Part shown: in pieces, positions 27,382 through 39,600 of the stretch
Layout of the letters: the number at the start of each line of letters is the position of its first letter
How positions within the stretch are numbered: position 1 is the first letter of the stretch
DNA from: Craspedostauros australis
Lineage: Eukaryota
Length of the DNA stretch: 43,831 nucleotides
Direction of reading: 5' to 3'
NCBI GenBank assembly: GCA_030167865.1
Contig: JALAGF010000837.1
Coordinates: 1-43,831 of the forward strand
Notes under the pieces: model-generated
The model's database searches: none
What the model saw: the letters and a program-made list of their open reading frames with translations, nothing else
Told to the model about the DNA's origin: nothing
Made by a program: the position numbers and the translations under genes

Positions 27382-27419
27382 TAATATTGTATTCTATAAT
27401 ACATTAGAATACAATATTA
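27382..27419. repeat. AT-rich perfect 15-bp inverted repeat upstream of the phosducin-like gene
   Basis: taatattgtattcta (27382-27396), 8-nt spacer, tagaatacaatatta (27405-27419). Confidence 0.85.
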
Positions 27420-27485
27420 CGCGATTGTAACTGTGCGCCGCTCTCTTAAGCATTCGAATTTCACTCACGCATATCAAAGGCTGGC

Positions 27486-28127
27486 ATGGAGGGCAGAGGA
27501 GTGCAGAACTATGCGCTGGATCGGCCGTCCTTCGCGTACACCGACAAAACGACGGAGTTTGATGATGCATTGATGCACCACGGCATCGTCACTAGGGATC
27601 AGGTGATGCGTGCCAAGGGAATGAAGACACGGGAACAAGAAACAGAAGCACAGAAGGATGATCAGACTACTCGTAGCACTGATGACGATGACTTCCTCAA
27701 GACGTATCGGGAAAAGCGGCTGAAGGAGATGCAGCAACACGCAGCGAACGCGAGTTCGACTGGAGATGCTAGCAGTGCATTCAGCAACGTCCTTCACATA
27801 CGCAGAGGAGACTGGAAACAAGCTGTGAACGAGGCGTCGATGGATCGTTGGGTCGTCATCACGTTGGTGGATGCCCACTGCAAGGACAAAGTGCGTCAAG
27901 AACTGCACAACCTGCAACGGGCAACGGCGGAGGCGGAAGTCCGGTTGATCACGATCCTGTCCACGGAGGCTGTGCCTAACTGGCCAGCAAGTAGAACGCC
28001 AGCCATTTTCGCATACCGGCATGGGTTGAAGCAGAACGAATGGATTGCGCAGCGGAATGGTCAGTTTCCACCGTTGCCCATGCTGGAGCAGATGGTTGAT
28101 GATTGGAATGCGCAGGGCGTGGACTAA
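27486..28127 (+). CDS. Phosducin-like protein (PhLP2/Plp2/PDCL3 type), 213 aa
   Basis: TTEFDDAL..HGI, DDFLKTYREKRLKEM, W.QAVNEAS...WVV, AVPNWP...TPAIFAYRHG; thioredoxin-like C-terminal half. Confidence 0.85.
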   Translation: MEGRGVQNYALDRPSFAYTDKTTEFDDALMHHGIVTRDQVMRAKGMKTREQETEAQKDDQTTRSTDDDDFLKTYREKRLKEMQQHAANASSTGDASSAFSNVLHIRRGDWKQAVNEASMDRWVVITLVDAHCKDKVRQELHNLQRATAEAEVRLITILSTEAVPNWPASRTPAIFAYRHGLKQNEWIAQRNGQFPPLPMLEQMVDDWNAQGVD

Positions 28128-28581
28128 TGGTGCGTTGTGCTCGCGCCCGACCTCGTCGAAACATCGCCACTGGCGGTTCAGCCTTTCGTGCAATAAGACT
28201 GAAAAACGCTCTACTCAGCAAGGAACAGGGGCGCTCTCTACCAACAGTATGGTGCGTATGCCTGCTACCACACAGTGCAGTGTCAGTATCTACAAAAATA
28301 CAAACATGCTATCATTGACGTTACCAAGAAAGCATCGTGCTCTTGTGCTGTCCATCCGAATTTGGGCGGCGACGATAGGTCTCCAGCCGCTTGCTCGTAC
28401 GTCTTCTAGTCAAAGTCTGGTATCAACGGTGCCGTACTCGTAGGTGGAAGCCAGCAGTACTCTGGGCGTAGAGAATATTCGATGCGTACGGCAGACAGCC
28501 CGGATTGTACCGCGGAGCGATTTGACGATCGGCAACTCGTGCTTCGTTGGTGCATATCGCCCGTACGTGTCGAAGTCGCAG

Positions 28582-30359
28582 CTATATCTGCTCTTCCATT
28601 TGCCTGTTGAAGCTGGTTGGGTTGGTTCCATGCTCGTCATTGTAGTCGCTGAACGAGCCTGTGTCCACGTATTCATCGTTGACACCGTTGCCGTTGCCAT
28701 TGATGTGATTGCCAGCGTCGCCGTTGGCGAAACCGTTGTTGTAGTCATCGCTGTCGGAACTGTCTGCATCACGGTGCTGCTGCTGATGATGATTGTGGTC
28801 CCCGGTACCTGCTGGAGCTGTTCCTGATGCCGGCGGCGCGCTTTCGCCATCGTCGTAATCGAGAGGATCGCAGACACCGCTGTCACATGTCTCCCGGCAA
28901 ATACCACCCAGCTTCAACTGCATCCAACGGCACGTGTTGCCTTCGTCGCTGGCAGCAAGCATGGCAGCATCCCTCCTTGACTGCAGGACCTCGTCTCGCT
29001 GCTTCTGCGTTCGTTTGTTCTGATTCTCCCTCACGATAAATGCGTACGTCGTGAGACCCTCACGTTGCAATCGATGGTGGAAATTGAGCAGCTGGAGAAT
29101 GAGCGACAGCGCGATGAGATCAAATCCGATGAAAACCCCGAGGACCACCACCACTGGGATGACGGAACCGGCGCTCAACCAATCCTCAGCTCGTTCTTCT
29201 GTGTCGCCGTCGCCCAAGTAAATGTCAAGGATAAGGTATATCTGAGGTCCGATATGCAGCGTCAACACCGCAGTGATGGACACCATCGTTCTGTAAAAGT
29301 AGGCGTAGTTGGCTTTGCCCACGCACGTGTTGAGCCCTGTATGTTTGTAAGTGCGGGAGCAAGAAGCAAGAATGTAGTATGTAGATATATGGGCGAAGAG
29401 TAGCGCCGAATACAATACAATGGAATACAATCACGTGATGGTCATTTTCCGCCATTGCGTTCGCGTGATATTCATTGTGCGGAGTGCGATTTTGTGCATG
29501 ATGTGGTCGATGTCGTGGGTTACGAGGTCGTTGATTCCATTTGTGCATGATGATAGGCAGATGTGAAGAAGGGGTAGTTTCCAAGAGGTGGGAGAGTACG
29601 ATTTGAGTAGAGTAGGTTAGTTCAGTTCAGTTCAGTTCGTTGACCTTCTTGTTGTGTTGGGTCATCACGAGGTAATGCATCGTGAGTGCAGACCACTGGC
29701 ACTGAGTCAGTTGCGAGAGTGGTAGGCTGCGTTGATGCAAGCGGTAATGCACAGGAAAAACCTTCGCATGGCACGCTGTGGCACGTGATGCATGATGACA
29801 TTGATTCATGACATGAAAGGAGCAGCTGGCGGTTCAACAAGCTCAAAACAGGAGAGGAAAATCGAAGGATGGATCAAGACGGTACCGAGTGGAACTTACA
29901 CATGCAGTGATGGTCGAAGTGGTCCACGCACTTGTTGCAGAATTTGCAATGCATGGACTTCTGCGCAACTTCCTGGTCGCAGATCCAGCAGTGCTTGGTG
30001 GCTTCGTTTTCATCCCACCTCTTCGCTTGTCCGTTGCCCCCGTGCTGCTCCTCCTGCGGTTGCGCGTCGTTGTGGTTATGGCTGTGGGTATGGGCGTGAC
30101 CGTGAGCATCTGCGTCCGTACCCAACCGCGGATCCGACGGATCGATGGACATGGCCATGTAGGCAAAGTACGTGGACGCGATTGACATGATGACGAAGAT
30201 GACTGTGCAAGGGATCGAAGCTGCCAGAGGCAGGATTGGCGATGCAAACAAGCAGAATTCCACTATCAGCACCGGCAGCGTCACCCATGTGGACAGCTGT
30301 GCCGTGGTGTACGGCGGCTCCAGCCCATTCTTTCGCCTTGGTCTCTGATCGGTCGACAT
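28582..30359 (-). CDS. DHHC palmitoyl acyltransferase (ZDHHC1/11-like), 2 exons, ~404 aa
   Basis: Exons 30359-29900 and 29336-28582; intron 29337-29899 (GTAAGT...ACAG) joins DHFDHHCM-W-LNTCVG..NY. Also R.NG..PP....Q N-terminal motif, DPSD, cysteine-rich domain, four TM segments and TTY motif. Confidence 0.92.
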
Positions 30360-30449
30360 GGCGTTGCGTCTTGCGTGCGAGACGGTGTGCGTGATGCAGC
30401 ACACTATCGGTGCTGAGCTTCCTTGTTTCTTGTTGCTGTCTCTATTGCT

Positions 30450-30495
30450 GCTGCTACTGTTGCTGCTACTGTTGCTGCTACTGTTGCTGCTACTG
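30450..30495. repeat. 12-bp tandem repeat (GCTGCTACTGTT) x3.8 in the DHHC upstream/leader region
   Basis: Read directly from the sequence. Confidence 0.9.
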
Positions 30496-32173
30496 CTGGT
30501 GCGTTTCAGTTCGCGAGGCCCTCGTGTGCGATGCTGTTGCTTCGGCTCCCTCTTGTTTCGGTTCTGCTCTTTGGAGGAATGCCAGATTGCCACTCAAGAG
30601 TAGTAGGATGTATGTGCGAGTACGGTGGGTATCGTATGAGCTATTAGTACCATACGTCGGTACGACCTGTACATGCGCCGCAATCACAAGAGCTCTACTG
30701 ATTGAATGTACGATGTGGTACCTGGGCGAAGCAGTTGGGATGGGTGTGAGGGTGCTTCTTTGGCGTGATACAACTCCTTGTGTTGTGTTGGTTTCGAAGC
30801 TGTTCCGCTGTATTGATGAAGGGGTTGGTTGGTGCCGGTGTTGGTGTCGGTGTCGGTTGGCCCAGGCAGTTTTTGCAAGTCATTCGTTCTTTCGTCCTTG
30901 TTGTTGCCGCTCCTGTCGCTCATGTCGCTCCTGTCGTTGTGGTTCTGGCTGGTGCGGAGGATGGTGCTGCGCGGGTTACTCTCTCGCTCTTGGTTGTTGC
31001 TGTGCTTGTTTTTGTCCTCGTTTTGTCCTTGTTCTCGTCTTCGGTTTTGCTTCCGCTGGTGCTGTTTCGCAAATCGCCCCCCCATGGTCGTGCGAAGCTC
31101 CTCTGATGCTTCGTGCTTCTTTCCTCTTCTTCCCGCCCTTTTCGTTTCTGCCTCTCGTGCCCTTTCAAATTCAGGGTTGAGAAGAGGGGAAAGCCAGCGG
31201 TCGAGACCAAAAGGGGGGCACGCGAGCGTGTCGATCCCGCCTCCATTCACATTTCAGTCCGCAACACCAGCCTTGGCGAAACATGTGCGGAGTGGAATAG
31301 TAGATCGCACGAGCTTGCTCCTGCTCGGAATAGTACAAGGATGTCCCATTGTGATAAGTACGTGTGCTCGAAGTTGTGTTGTGGCCATCACCACCCTACT
31401 ATACTTGGTGAAGTAACAACGCCTGGCAGTGCCTGTGCTCTATGCTGCTCTTGTGTCTTTTGGCTTGGATGGAACCTCGAAACAGAGGTGGAATGGGTTG
31501 TACCTGATACAAGAGGGTCGGTTATGCACCCTACATGCACGCAGTCGACTAATACCACGGGTACGGGCGCGAGCGCTGTGACAACGTACCAATATTGCAC
31601 CATGAGAGGTGTATAGTAAGGGAGACGGAGCAAGGGTGGACTTCACGAACTCTCCCCGTGTCCAGTCCGATCCACCTTGCCACCAAGAGGTCCGTCCCGC
31701 ACACTTAGCTACATGTACATATGGCATCAACTAGTCCTCTTTGTGCATCCGCAACAGCGACGTGCAAGTGCAAGTGCAAGTGGACCCATGCGTACGCGAC
31801 AATAATACCATGCGCTCGTGCGATGGGGTACGATACGGTACTCTTGAAGCACTCCAAAGGCATGCAGAGTAAAATGATAGCATGTAACTCTAAATTATTG
31901 GCAGCGTTTTTCCATGTCAACTTGCGCCTCGCCCCTGCATTAATCCACCTCGAAGCAGCATCGCTGCGCCATAACGTTCACGGCTACGTTTGTACGAGAA
32001 GACACAGTGTTCCCCTGGAGAGGCCTGCTGCAAGATCCCTTTGTGGACGCTGTCAAATGGAGGAACGGCCAAGCGCTTGCCGATCTGGCATGCGGTAGTG
32101 CGGCGCTCGCGAATCGTGCATACATCACCAGCAATGGCATGTCCTCACCGTCCCTCCCGCGGTGACGGCATCA

Positions 32174-33511
32174 TTACTTTCGTCGCTGCAGGTCCATCCT
32201 CTGACGCTGGATATCCATCTTGAGCACATTGGTCTCGTCGTCGAAGGGGTTTACGAATGGTGTTTCGCGTAGATCAATGTCGCTCCCGATGTCAGATAGC
32301 GCGAGTGAGTGGGAACGTCGAATGTTGCCTGGTCCTCGCTGATGACTGGGCCTTGAAGATGACATCATGGACAGTGGCGGGATGGCGTCCATGTGCGTGT
32401 TCGGTAATGGGAGCAACGGAGGCGTTTCGTCCGGGTCATGTTGCATGCGAACTCGCTTGAATGATCTCTCCCCTTGCGAACGCATGATCGAGCTTTGCCC
32501 CGAGCTTCTGCCGAATGGACTGGGTCGTTTCCGCAAGAAGCGATTGCTGAACAGCAGGCCTTGGGGTCCATTCACTTTGGCACGGCTGGTTTTGGCTTTC
32601 GCGTTCATGCTCAAAGCGATATCAGTTCGTGCGGACATCGCGAGATTTCGGATGTTGCTCACATTCTTCGGGGCGACCACAAGAGGGACCTTGACGTTTT
32701 TGCTTGTGATTCCCTGGCGCCTTCTTCGTGCAGTAGCTTCCAGTGCAAGGACCTGCGCCGGCAATATATTGGGTGGCTCGACTATCTCGCGTTGACCGCC
32801 ACTCGGCGTTGCCGAAGGTAGGAGCATCATCTCGTCGCTTGGGGATCGGGCTGTGCGATCAAGGGTACTTTTCGCCGTCTCGAGCGAACTGCCTTCGATC
32901 GCGCCCTTGCTGCTCTCACTGGCGCTCTCTGGAATGCTGCGAACGAGCAATGCTTCTCTACATTCCCGTTCTGTGCGAGATGCCGTCTCTGCTCTGATGC
33001 GCTTCTTGTTCTTGCCATGTGATGCATTGCCTCTGCGAGATCTCGTGACGGCTCGATCATTCTTTTTCTTCTTCTCGTCCAGCTCGTCTTTGTGTGCTGC
33101 TCGGATCCTTGGTGCGCCTTCTCGCAGCGCCTGGCTCGTCTTGGCCATCATCTTCGTTTCGTCGAGTTCGATCCACCAGCCGGGGCCCGTTGTGGCAGTA
33201 GGATCCCTCTGCAGGAATCGGCCAGGTGGAGTGAGCGCCTTGACCCTTGCGATGACCTGATTGACGACCTCGGCCTTCTCCGCCTTCGATGCGGCCAAGT
33301 TGTAATCCTCCTTCCTCTCTCGCACCCATTCTCGAAATGTCTGGTTGCCGACGTGAGAATTGATGCCTCCACCTCTCCCGGATAGAACATCGTGGTCGTG
33401 GGGAGCGCGAATTCGCTTCACTGCAGCCTTGAGCGGCATGGACACAATATACGGTGAAGTTGACGTACTGCTGCGCATCATGTTGGGAGGCGCGTACCCA
33501 CAATAATGCAC
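32174..33511 (-). CDS. DUF6824-domain protein (diatom-expanded family), 445 aa
   Basis: N-terminal domain HDVLSGRGGGINSHVGNQTFR...Y....KAEK......I......PPGRFL.....W.E......KTSQALRE, followed by a basic and low-complexity tail. The start codon and possible extra exons are uncertain. Confidence 0.75.
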   Translation of the reverse strand: MHYCGYAPPNMMRSSTSTSPYIVSMPLKAAVKRIRAPHDHDVLSGRGGGINSHVGNQTFREWVRERKEDYNLAASKAEKAEVVNQVIARVKALTPPGRFLQRDPTATTGPGWWIELDETKMMAKTSQALREGAPRIRAAHKDELDEKKKKNDRAVTRSRRGNASHGKNKKRIRAETASRTERECREALLVRSIPESASESSKGAIEGSSLETAKSTLDRTARSPSDEMMLLPSATPSGGQREIVEPPNILPAQVLALEATARRRRQGITSKNVKVPLVVAPKNVSNIRNLAMSARTDIALSMNAKAKTSRAKVNGPQGLLFSNRFLRKRPSPFGRSSGQSSIMRSQGERSFKRVRMQHDPDETPPLLPLPNTHMDAIPPLSMMSSSRPSHQRGPGNIRRSHSLALSDIGSDIDLRETPFVNPFDDETNVLKMDIQRQRMDLQRRK

Positions 33512-34594
33512 TCGGTTGGTCGGTCGGTTGGTTGCTTGTTGGCTTGCTTGCTTTGATCGACTGATTGGTCGATTCGTCTCTTTCGCGCAGGTGATTTGAT
33601 TGGTGTGTGTGTGTTGGTGCAGGACTTATGCTCCTGCTTGTTTCTTTTGTGTTTTTTATGTCAGCGGGCGTGTCAACCACTGGGGCCTGTGAGTACGTGT
33701 ATGGCCTGCGCCCGTGTTCTGAAGAGCCACAGCCAGCACCAGCCTCTCTCTCTCTTTCGCTCTCTTCTTGATTGGTGACAGCGATGAAAAATGGGCGATG
33801 TGTCGTTGGATTGAGCTTCTTGTTGTGCTTGGCTGGCCTTCTTGTTTGATGTCTTCGTGTGTCTTTGCCTATTTTGATCTCGGTGATGTCAGTATGGTTT
33901 GGTATGGTATTGTACTGTGCTGGTGTGGTGGGCGAGCATGCGTCGAGCTCTGTCGATGGGCTGTTCTGCTGGTGGCCCGCAAGTTGAATCGTTGATGGGT
34001 GTTGATTTGGTGGTGGTTGGTCTCTCTTGGCTTGAATGTTGGGTTTGGGAGAAGTGAGAACGATGAACGTGATGGCAACGATGCTGATGGCAATGTTGAT
34101 GGCGATGCTGATGACGATGACAGCGATGCTGTCAGTGGGCGTGACGCCTCCTCTGCCAATGATGTCGGCGAAACCAGGAACTGCCTGACTCGCTTTCTCC
34201 GCCAGCGAAGCAAGTCGATTCAGTTTTCTCCTGTCCTTCTCTGTCCTTCTCTCTCTCTTTGTTGAGGCCTCCACCTCTTACCGTTGTGCCCGAGTTATCA
34301 GTGACCTCTTGGTTTGCTGGTTGACGACAGCGTTCTTCGTTGCTGTCGCTTCTTCTGACACTTTTCTTGATTTGGGCATGTGTCTCTCTGTGTCGCTGTG
34401 CCACTCTTCGTGTTTCTCTCGTGTTGATTGAGACGGGTTTGTGTGGTTTCCCTCCCGGCTTTTCCGCCGCTGAACGCGGTTCGCTTTCTGTGTTGTTTGT
34501 GCAGAAAATGTGAGTGTTCTCGTCGTTTCCACGCAAGCGCCTTTCGCTGCACCGCCGATTTCTTTTTCGTTCCATGATTATTGCGAAGCCCCAT

Positions 34595-34620
34595 CACGTG
34601 TCACGTTGTCATTGGCCAAT
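34595..34620. promoter_or_regulatory. Candidate promoter elements (CACGTG G-box, second CACGT, palindromic ATTGGCCAAT double CCAAT)
   Basis: cacgtgtcacgttgtcattggccaat sits at the edge of the strand-biased leader-like region upstream of the DUF6824 gene. Function is inferred only. Confidence 0.3.
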
Positions 34621-34953
34621 CGGTGGCAATCGATGACATCATTCGAGCATGAAGATCAGACAGGCTCCCGAAGTGCTTCTCTCTGGCGACACGCTGTGTG
34701 TTCTCTCCCAAGGGAGAAAACACGAACTCCTCTTCGGTGGGTGTCATTTCCCGCCAACGAGCTCCACAAGTGATCTCCGACCTCGATCGGATGAGCCTTT
34801 CCTCTTTCCAGGTGCTCCTGTACGACCATCCTTGTATCGGCACCAGCCATCCTTCTGCCTCAGCTGTTGGCTTTTGTGTTGCTGGAGCCGCTCGTCTTGG
34901 AGGCTCTGGCAGAGTCAACAAAATATGCATGGTGTAATAGTATTATTATTATG

Positions 34954-35021
34954 TATTCTACGATAGAATATAATGCTATACTCCTCTATCGTATTTCATA
35001 GAATAACATGTATTCTATGAA
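34954..35021. repeat. Two AT-rich inverted repeats with a TATTCTA/TAGAATA core
   Basis: tattcta-cga-tagaata (34954-34970) and ttcatagaata-acatg-tattctatgaa (34995-35021, perfect 11 bp). Confidence 0.75.
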
Positions 35022-36671
35022 TAGAGCAGGGTTCTATCCCTGTCGCCTCTGCCCCACACAAGTACGAGCAAGACAGACGGATCACATGCCACAGGCATGA
35101 TACTACTATATTCTGCAGAGACACGGTCGCCTCTCTCTCGAACGAACCACAGCGAACGCTGATTCATTACGACTCTCTGGAGAAGTTGACCAGAAACCAC
35201 GCAGATACTATGCAAAACCAACGAATGGAGCAGCAGTGCGAGTAAGCGTGGGACTCAACACTATATTCTAGACTTGTGTACCAACTATCCTTGCCTACAT
35301 GGACCTATGCGAGCAGTTCTTTTACTCGTGCCCTTACTCGCACTCGTGCTCGTAGTCATACGCGGTACTATGGACTCTGTTTTCCTCTCCTCTACTCGTA
35401 TCTGTATGTATGGTACCACCCTGGGTGCAAGATGCACAAAGAGTGGCAACTTCGGAGCGTGACTTGATCATGCATTCGACAGATACTACTAGTGAGCGGT
35501 TCATAGTAGACGAGGATCCTACGACAAGTTTGGCACCACATCCACACCCGAGCGCACGTAGCTCGCATGAATCGGTCGTTGGGCAAGTTCCGGTGTTGTG
35601 TTCGTCCTGGAGCAGTTGTTGCTTGTGAGGCCAGAAGCCAATGCTGTGAGTCCGCCTTCAGTTGCGGAAGTTTGCTCTGCTGAGCAGCATCACCGCGCAG
35701 GATCAGCCAATGAGTGCGTGGACTGAACGTGACTGGCTTAACGTCCTGAGCTGGTCCGCTCGCCTGCCACATAACAACAGCACACATCCTGAGCCTGCAC
35801 GACCCTTGAAGTTAGGAGAAAAACATGTGCAATGGTGTTGGGACGCAACGCGCTCATCAGCGAAGGCTTGGAGACCGAATGACGAGACCAACGCACACCA
35901 GATAGCGCGCACACGCCGTCTTCTGCTGCCTGAGGTGTGCCTTGTTGTTCACGGTGGTTGGAAACGAACAAGTCGGAGACGAATGAACAACCATGGGAGG
36001 TATTGTCGGAAGCAGTCGATCCTCGCGGACAAGGGTGGTTTTTGAATCCCCAGGGGGTGGTGCGCGTTGTGCGCCAAAACACCAAAACCATCTGCGAGGC
36101 TCGCAGTTCGAGCATGCAATCTGAACGTCGTATCCGAACACAGCCTCTGGTGCTCGGAAGCAAGGACATCCATCTTTGCTGCTCTTTGGCCTGCCTCGCC
36201 GCACATACCAACGTACGAGTACGAACACGAGTACGAACAGGAGGACGTTGTCCTCATCTCTCCTCTCCCTCCCCTCGCCGACGAAACATCGCGGCTGCAA
36301 CAAATAATAGCTGGCGCAATCGCAGAAAGCAATCGATACGGAATACTCTTCCTCGTTCGGGCTCCGAATCATAACACAAGCAAAGCGCAAGATTGCGGCA
36401 TTGGAACATTGGAGCATCGCAACGAAACGTTTCGTTCAGTCCCAATCCATTGTACACTGCACACCGCACATCATCGATCTTCGTTCGTTGACTGTCAGGC
36501 ATCGTGGAGGTATCGGACGAGAAGATCGGCGAAGAGGTTGCGATTGAGCTGAGCAAGACAGTCCCAAGACGCCAGCCACGAGGAAGCATTCAACGCATTC
36601 AACCGATTCAACAGCAGAGACACCGAGAGTGAGTGAGAGTGAGTGAGAGTTAGTTGGAGTTAGTTGGAGTC

Positions 36672-39600
36672 ATGGAGAATTCAACACCGCCTCCAGGCAA
36701 CGCCAAGGAACAGATCAACTCTCTTCCACCTTCTGTTCCGCCTCCGGTGGATACAACTGCTCACGGAGATGCCATGAAGCAGCAGCAGCAGCAGCAGTAC
36801 CAGCAGACATACCAGCCACACCATCAGCGCCGACAGATCACTATCCAGGGGCCACCCCCTCCCGCGGCGCCAAGGCCACAGTTGCAAGCTCCGGAGAACG
36901 CCAACAAGGGCGGCTCCCACAGAAGGACCATGAGCGATGACCTCAACTCTGCTTCGGCTGTTGCGTACTCGGGCATGGACCCGAATGTCGTCAATGCCCA
37001 TGCCTATGGGTACGGATACGGGTACGGCCATCCATATGGCCAAATGCCGCCAATGCAACCAATGCCACCAGTGCAATCGATGCAACCGATGCAATCGATG
37101 CAGCCAGTGCAACAAGCCTACGGTCTTCCGCAGTACCCAACTCCCACGGCGGCCTACGCCCCATCCCCACCAGCGCCTCGCACCAGGAGCTGGTCAGAGA
37201 GTCAACCGAACATCCCACCGTACGCATATCCGCAGCAGCAGCAGCAGGCGCAGCAGTACCCTCCATCCCCGCGAACCTACGCAGGAGGTGTCCCGGGAAT
37301 GCAAGACCCTGCGGCGAGTGCTTTGCCACCAAACGGCATTCCAAGTGGCAACGGCTTGCCATTCCAGCAATCAAACAACCAAGCGGAGTCCAGCAGAAAA
37401 CGGAAGAACGGCCATCGGCGCTCCAACTCTTATTCGGGTGGCTCGGTGCCGAACTACGGCGTGGTGGGTGGAATGCCTCCTCCACCGCCCGTTGGCATGC
37501 CACCTCCGATCCCGAAAGGCACCCGGACGGGCGAGTTTTCCCCCATGAATGAATTCCGCAAACTCGCGGGGGCACGCCAACCGCCGTCACCACGCCCATC
37601 ACCACGCCAGACCCTTTCTCCGTCCGTGTCGGCATCACCAGCAGCCAGGAGGAACCTCCCGCCACCATCGCCTGTCAGGCAGTCGTCGCTGCGTGCCATC
37701 GGATCCTTTCCCAAAAACGAAGACGCCAGGGTGTCCTTTTCTCCTGGAACTCCGTTGAATGGGTACGACGCCAATGGCGCAGCAGCGCCCGGTTACGGTG
37801 GATTCTACGGCCTCGGAGACTACGGAGCCGACGGCGCATCCCCCGGGGTCGGCGTCGGCATGCCTAGCGCCCCTGAAATGGGCGGAGAGGCCGTGTTCCT
37901 TGCCCAGAAGGGAAAGCACAGCAGAAAGTCCCCAAGCTCCCGCAGGCAACACATGAGACAGCAGTCAGCGCAGCTCTTCATGGAGGACGTGAAAGGCGTC
38001 GAGCAAATTCCATCCTGCCGGGATATCTCCTTCCTGCTGCTGTTCCTCTTCCATCTGCTGGGCATCGTCTACCTCGGTAACCAGTACGGGCACGAGGCCC
38101 TAGAATATCACGACGACACGGACAGCGATGCATCGGTCACCATCGTATACCGTAACGTCATCTACGTATCATGCGTCAGCGGCCTCTTCGCCGTGTGCGT
38201 GTCAGCGCTGTCTCTCCTCGTCATGACATTCGTGGCTCGGAAAATCGTGCAGATCGCTCTCTTCCTCACCATCACCCTCAGTTTCGCATGGGGCACGATC
38301 GGCATCGGCCTCAGCCCTAGAAAGGTCGTCCCGGCAACCGGAATCATCGCACTCGCCCTCAGCGTGGCGTACGCATTCATCGTCTGGGACCGCATTCCGT
38401 TCGCAGCCGCCAACCTCAACGCGGGCTTATCAGGCATCCGTGCCAACCCAGGAGCGGTGCTCATCGCCTTCTTCTTCCAGGCGCTTGCTCTCGGCTGGTC
38501 CGTGTACTACACATACGTCTGCATCGGAGTGTATGACGCCATTGAAGCTGGCGATCTCGATCTCACGCAGGGATGGAGGATCACGATGTATTCGTGCCTT
38601 GCTATTTCGTACTACTGGACATATAACGTCTTCCTGGTGAGTAAACCTCGTGTGATACGAGCAACAAGAACTGTATGACGATAATTTTTACTACGGCGAT
38701 AAGGACGACGACGGCGACGCTGGGAGTGGGAGAAGCGGCGGCTGCGAGAGAATGGAGGCAAGCGTTTTAGTACGGGCACATGAATGGGCGAACCTCTTCA
38801 GTTGCTCTCGTTGCGATGTGACCTTATGCAGTCAAGACGCCATACACATGAACCACGATCCTGGTCCTGGTCCTCTTCATCGTGGTTAGTTCTCTCATCA
38901 TCATCATCATCATCATCATCTCACCCACATGGCCACCATTGGTGCCGTCACTGTTGCTGTCGCTGCTACAAACTCTGTACTTTTCTTCGCGTTCACTGTG
39001 CCGCGCCCATACTCGTGCGTACCCTACGTTCTACTCTATTGATAAACACCCGTGCTTCCTTCATCGATATGCTTTTCTTCGTTGCAGAACATTGTCCAGG
39101 TGACCGTGGCAGGCGTCATCGGGAGCTGGTGGTACACCGAGGAAGGGGATGTCTCGCATCGCGGAGTTGATCTCAACAGTGCCTTCTTCAGATCCTCGTT
39201 CTACGCTCTGGGGTCCATTTGCTTCGGGAGCTTGTTCGTCGGCCCCTGCAGACTTCTCAGGCAGCTGACGATATTCTTTCGCCCCAGCTCGGAGGAGGCA
39301 TCTCTGCTCTGTCTGCACCAATGCTTCCGATTCATCCAAACATGTATCACCTCGTGCGTGGACGGCCTAACCGACAAGTTCAATCCATGGGCATTCACAT
39401 ACGTCGGTCTGTACGGTTACGGTTTGATCGATGCCGGGTCTCACGCCAACGAACTGTTCGCAAAGCGTGGATGGACCATGATCGTTTCAGATGACCTCGT
39501 CCCGAACGTATTGCTCCTCGCAACGTTGGTAGTGGGAGGGTTCACAGGGTGTTTTGCACATATCATCGTCAATGTCAAATCCCTCTTCCTCTTGCCCGAC

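Noticed and set aside
30410-31416. Cys-rich and Leu-rich ORFs upstream of the DHHC gene
   Set aside because: Translation of microsatellites and GT-biased leader sequence; not metallothionein-like or membrane proteins.
33057-34274. 405-aa minus-strand ORF with a hydrophobic stretch
   Set aside because: Non-ATG start, built from simple repeats, and overlaps the DUF6824 CDS out of frame.
35274-36589. Cluster of short overlapping ORFs
   Set aside because: No recognisable motifs; consistent with the promoter and leader of the CTL gene.
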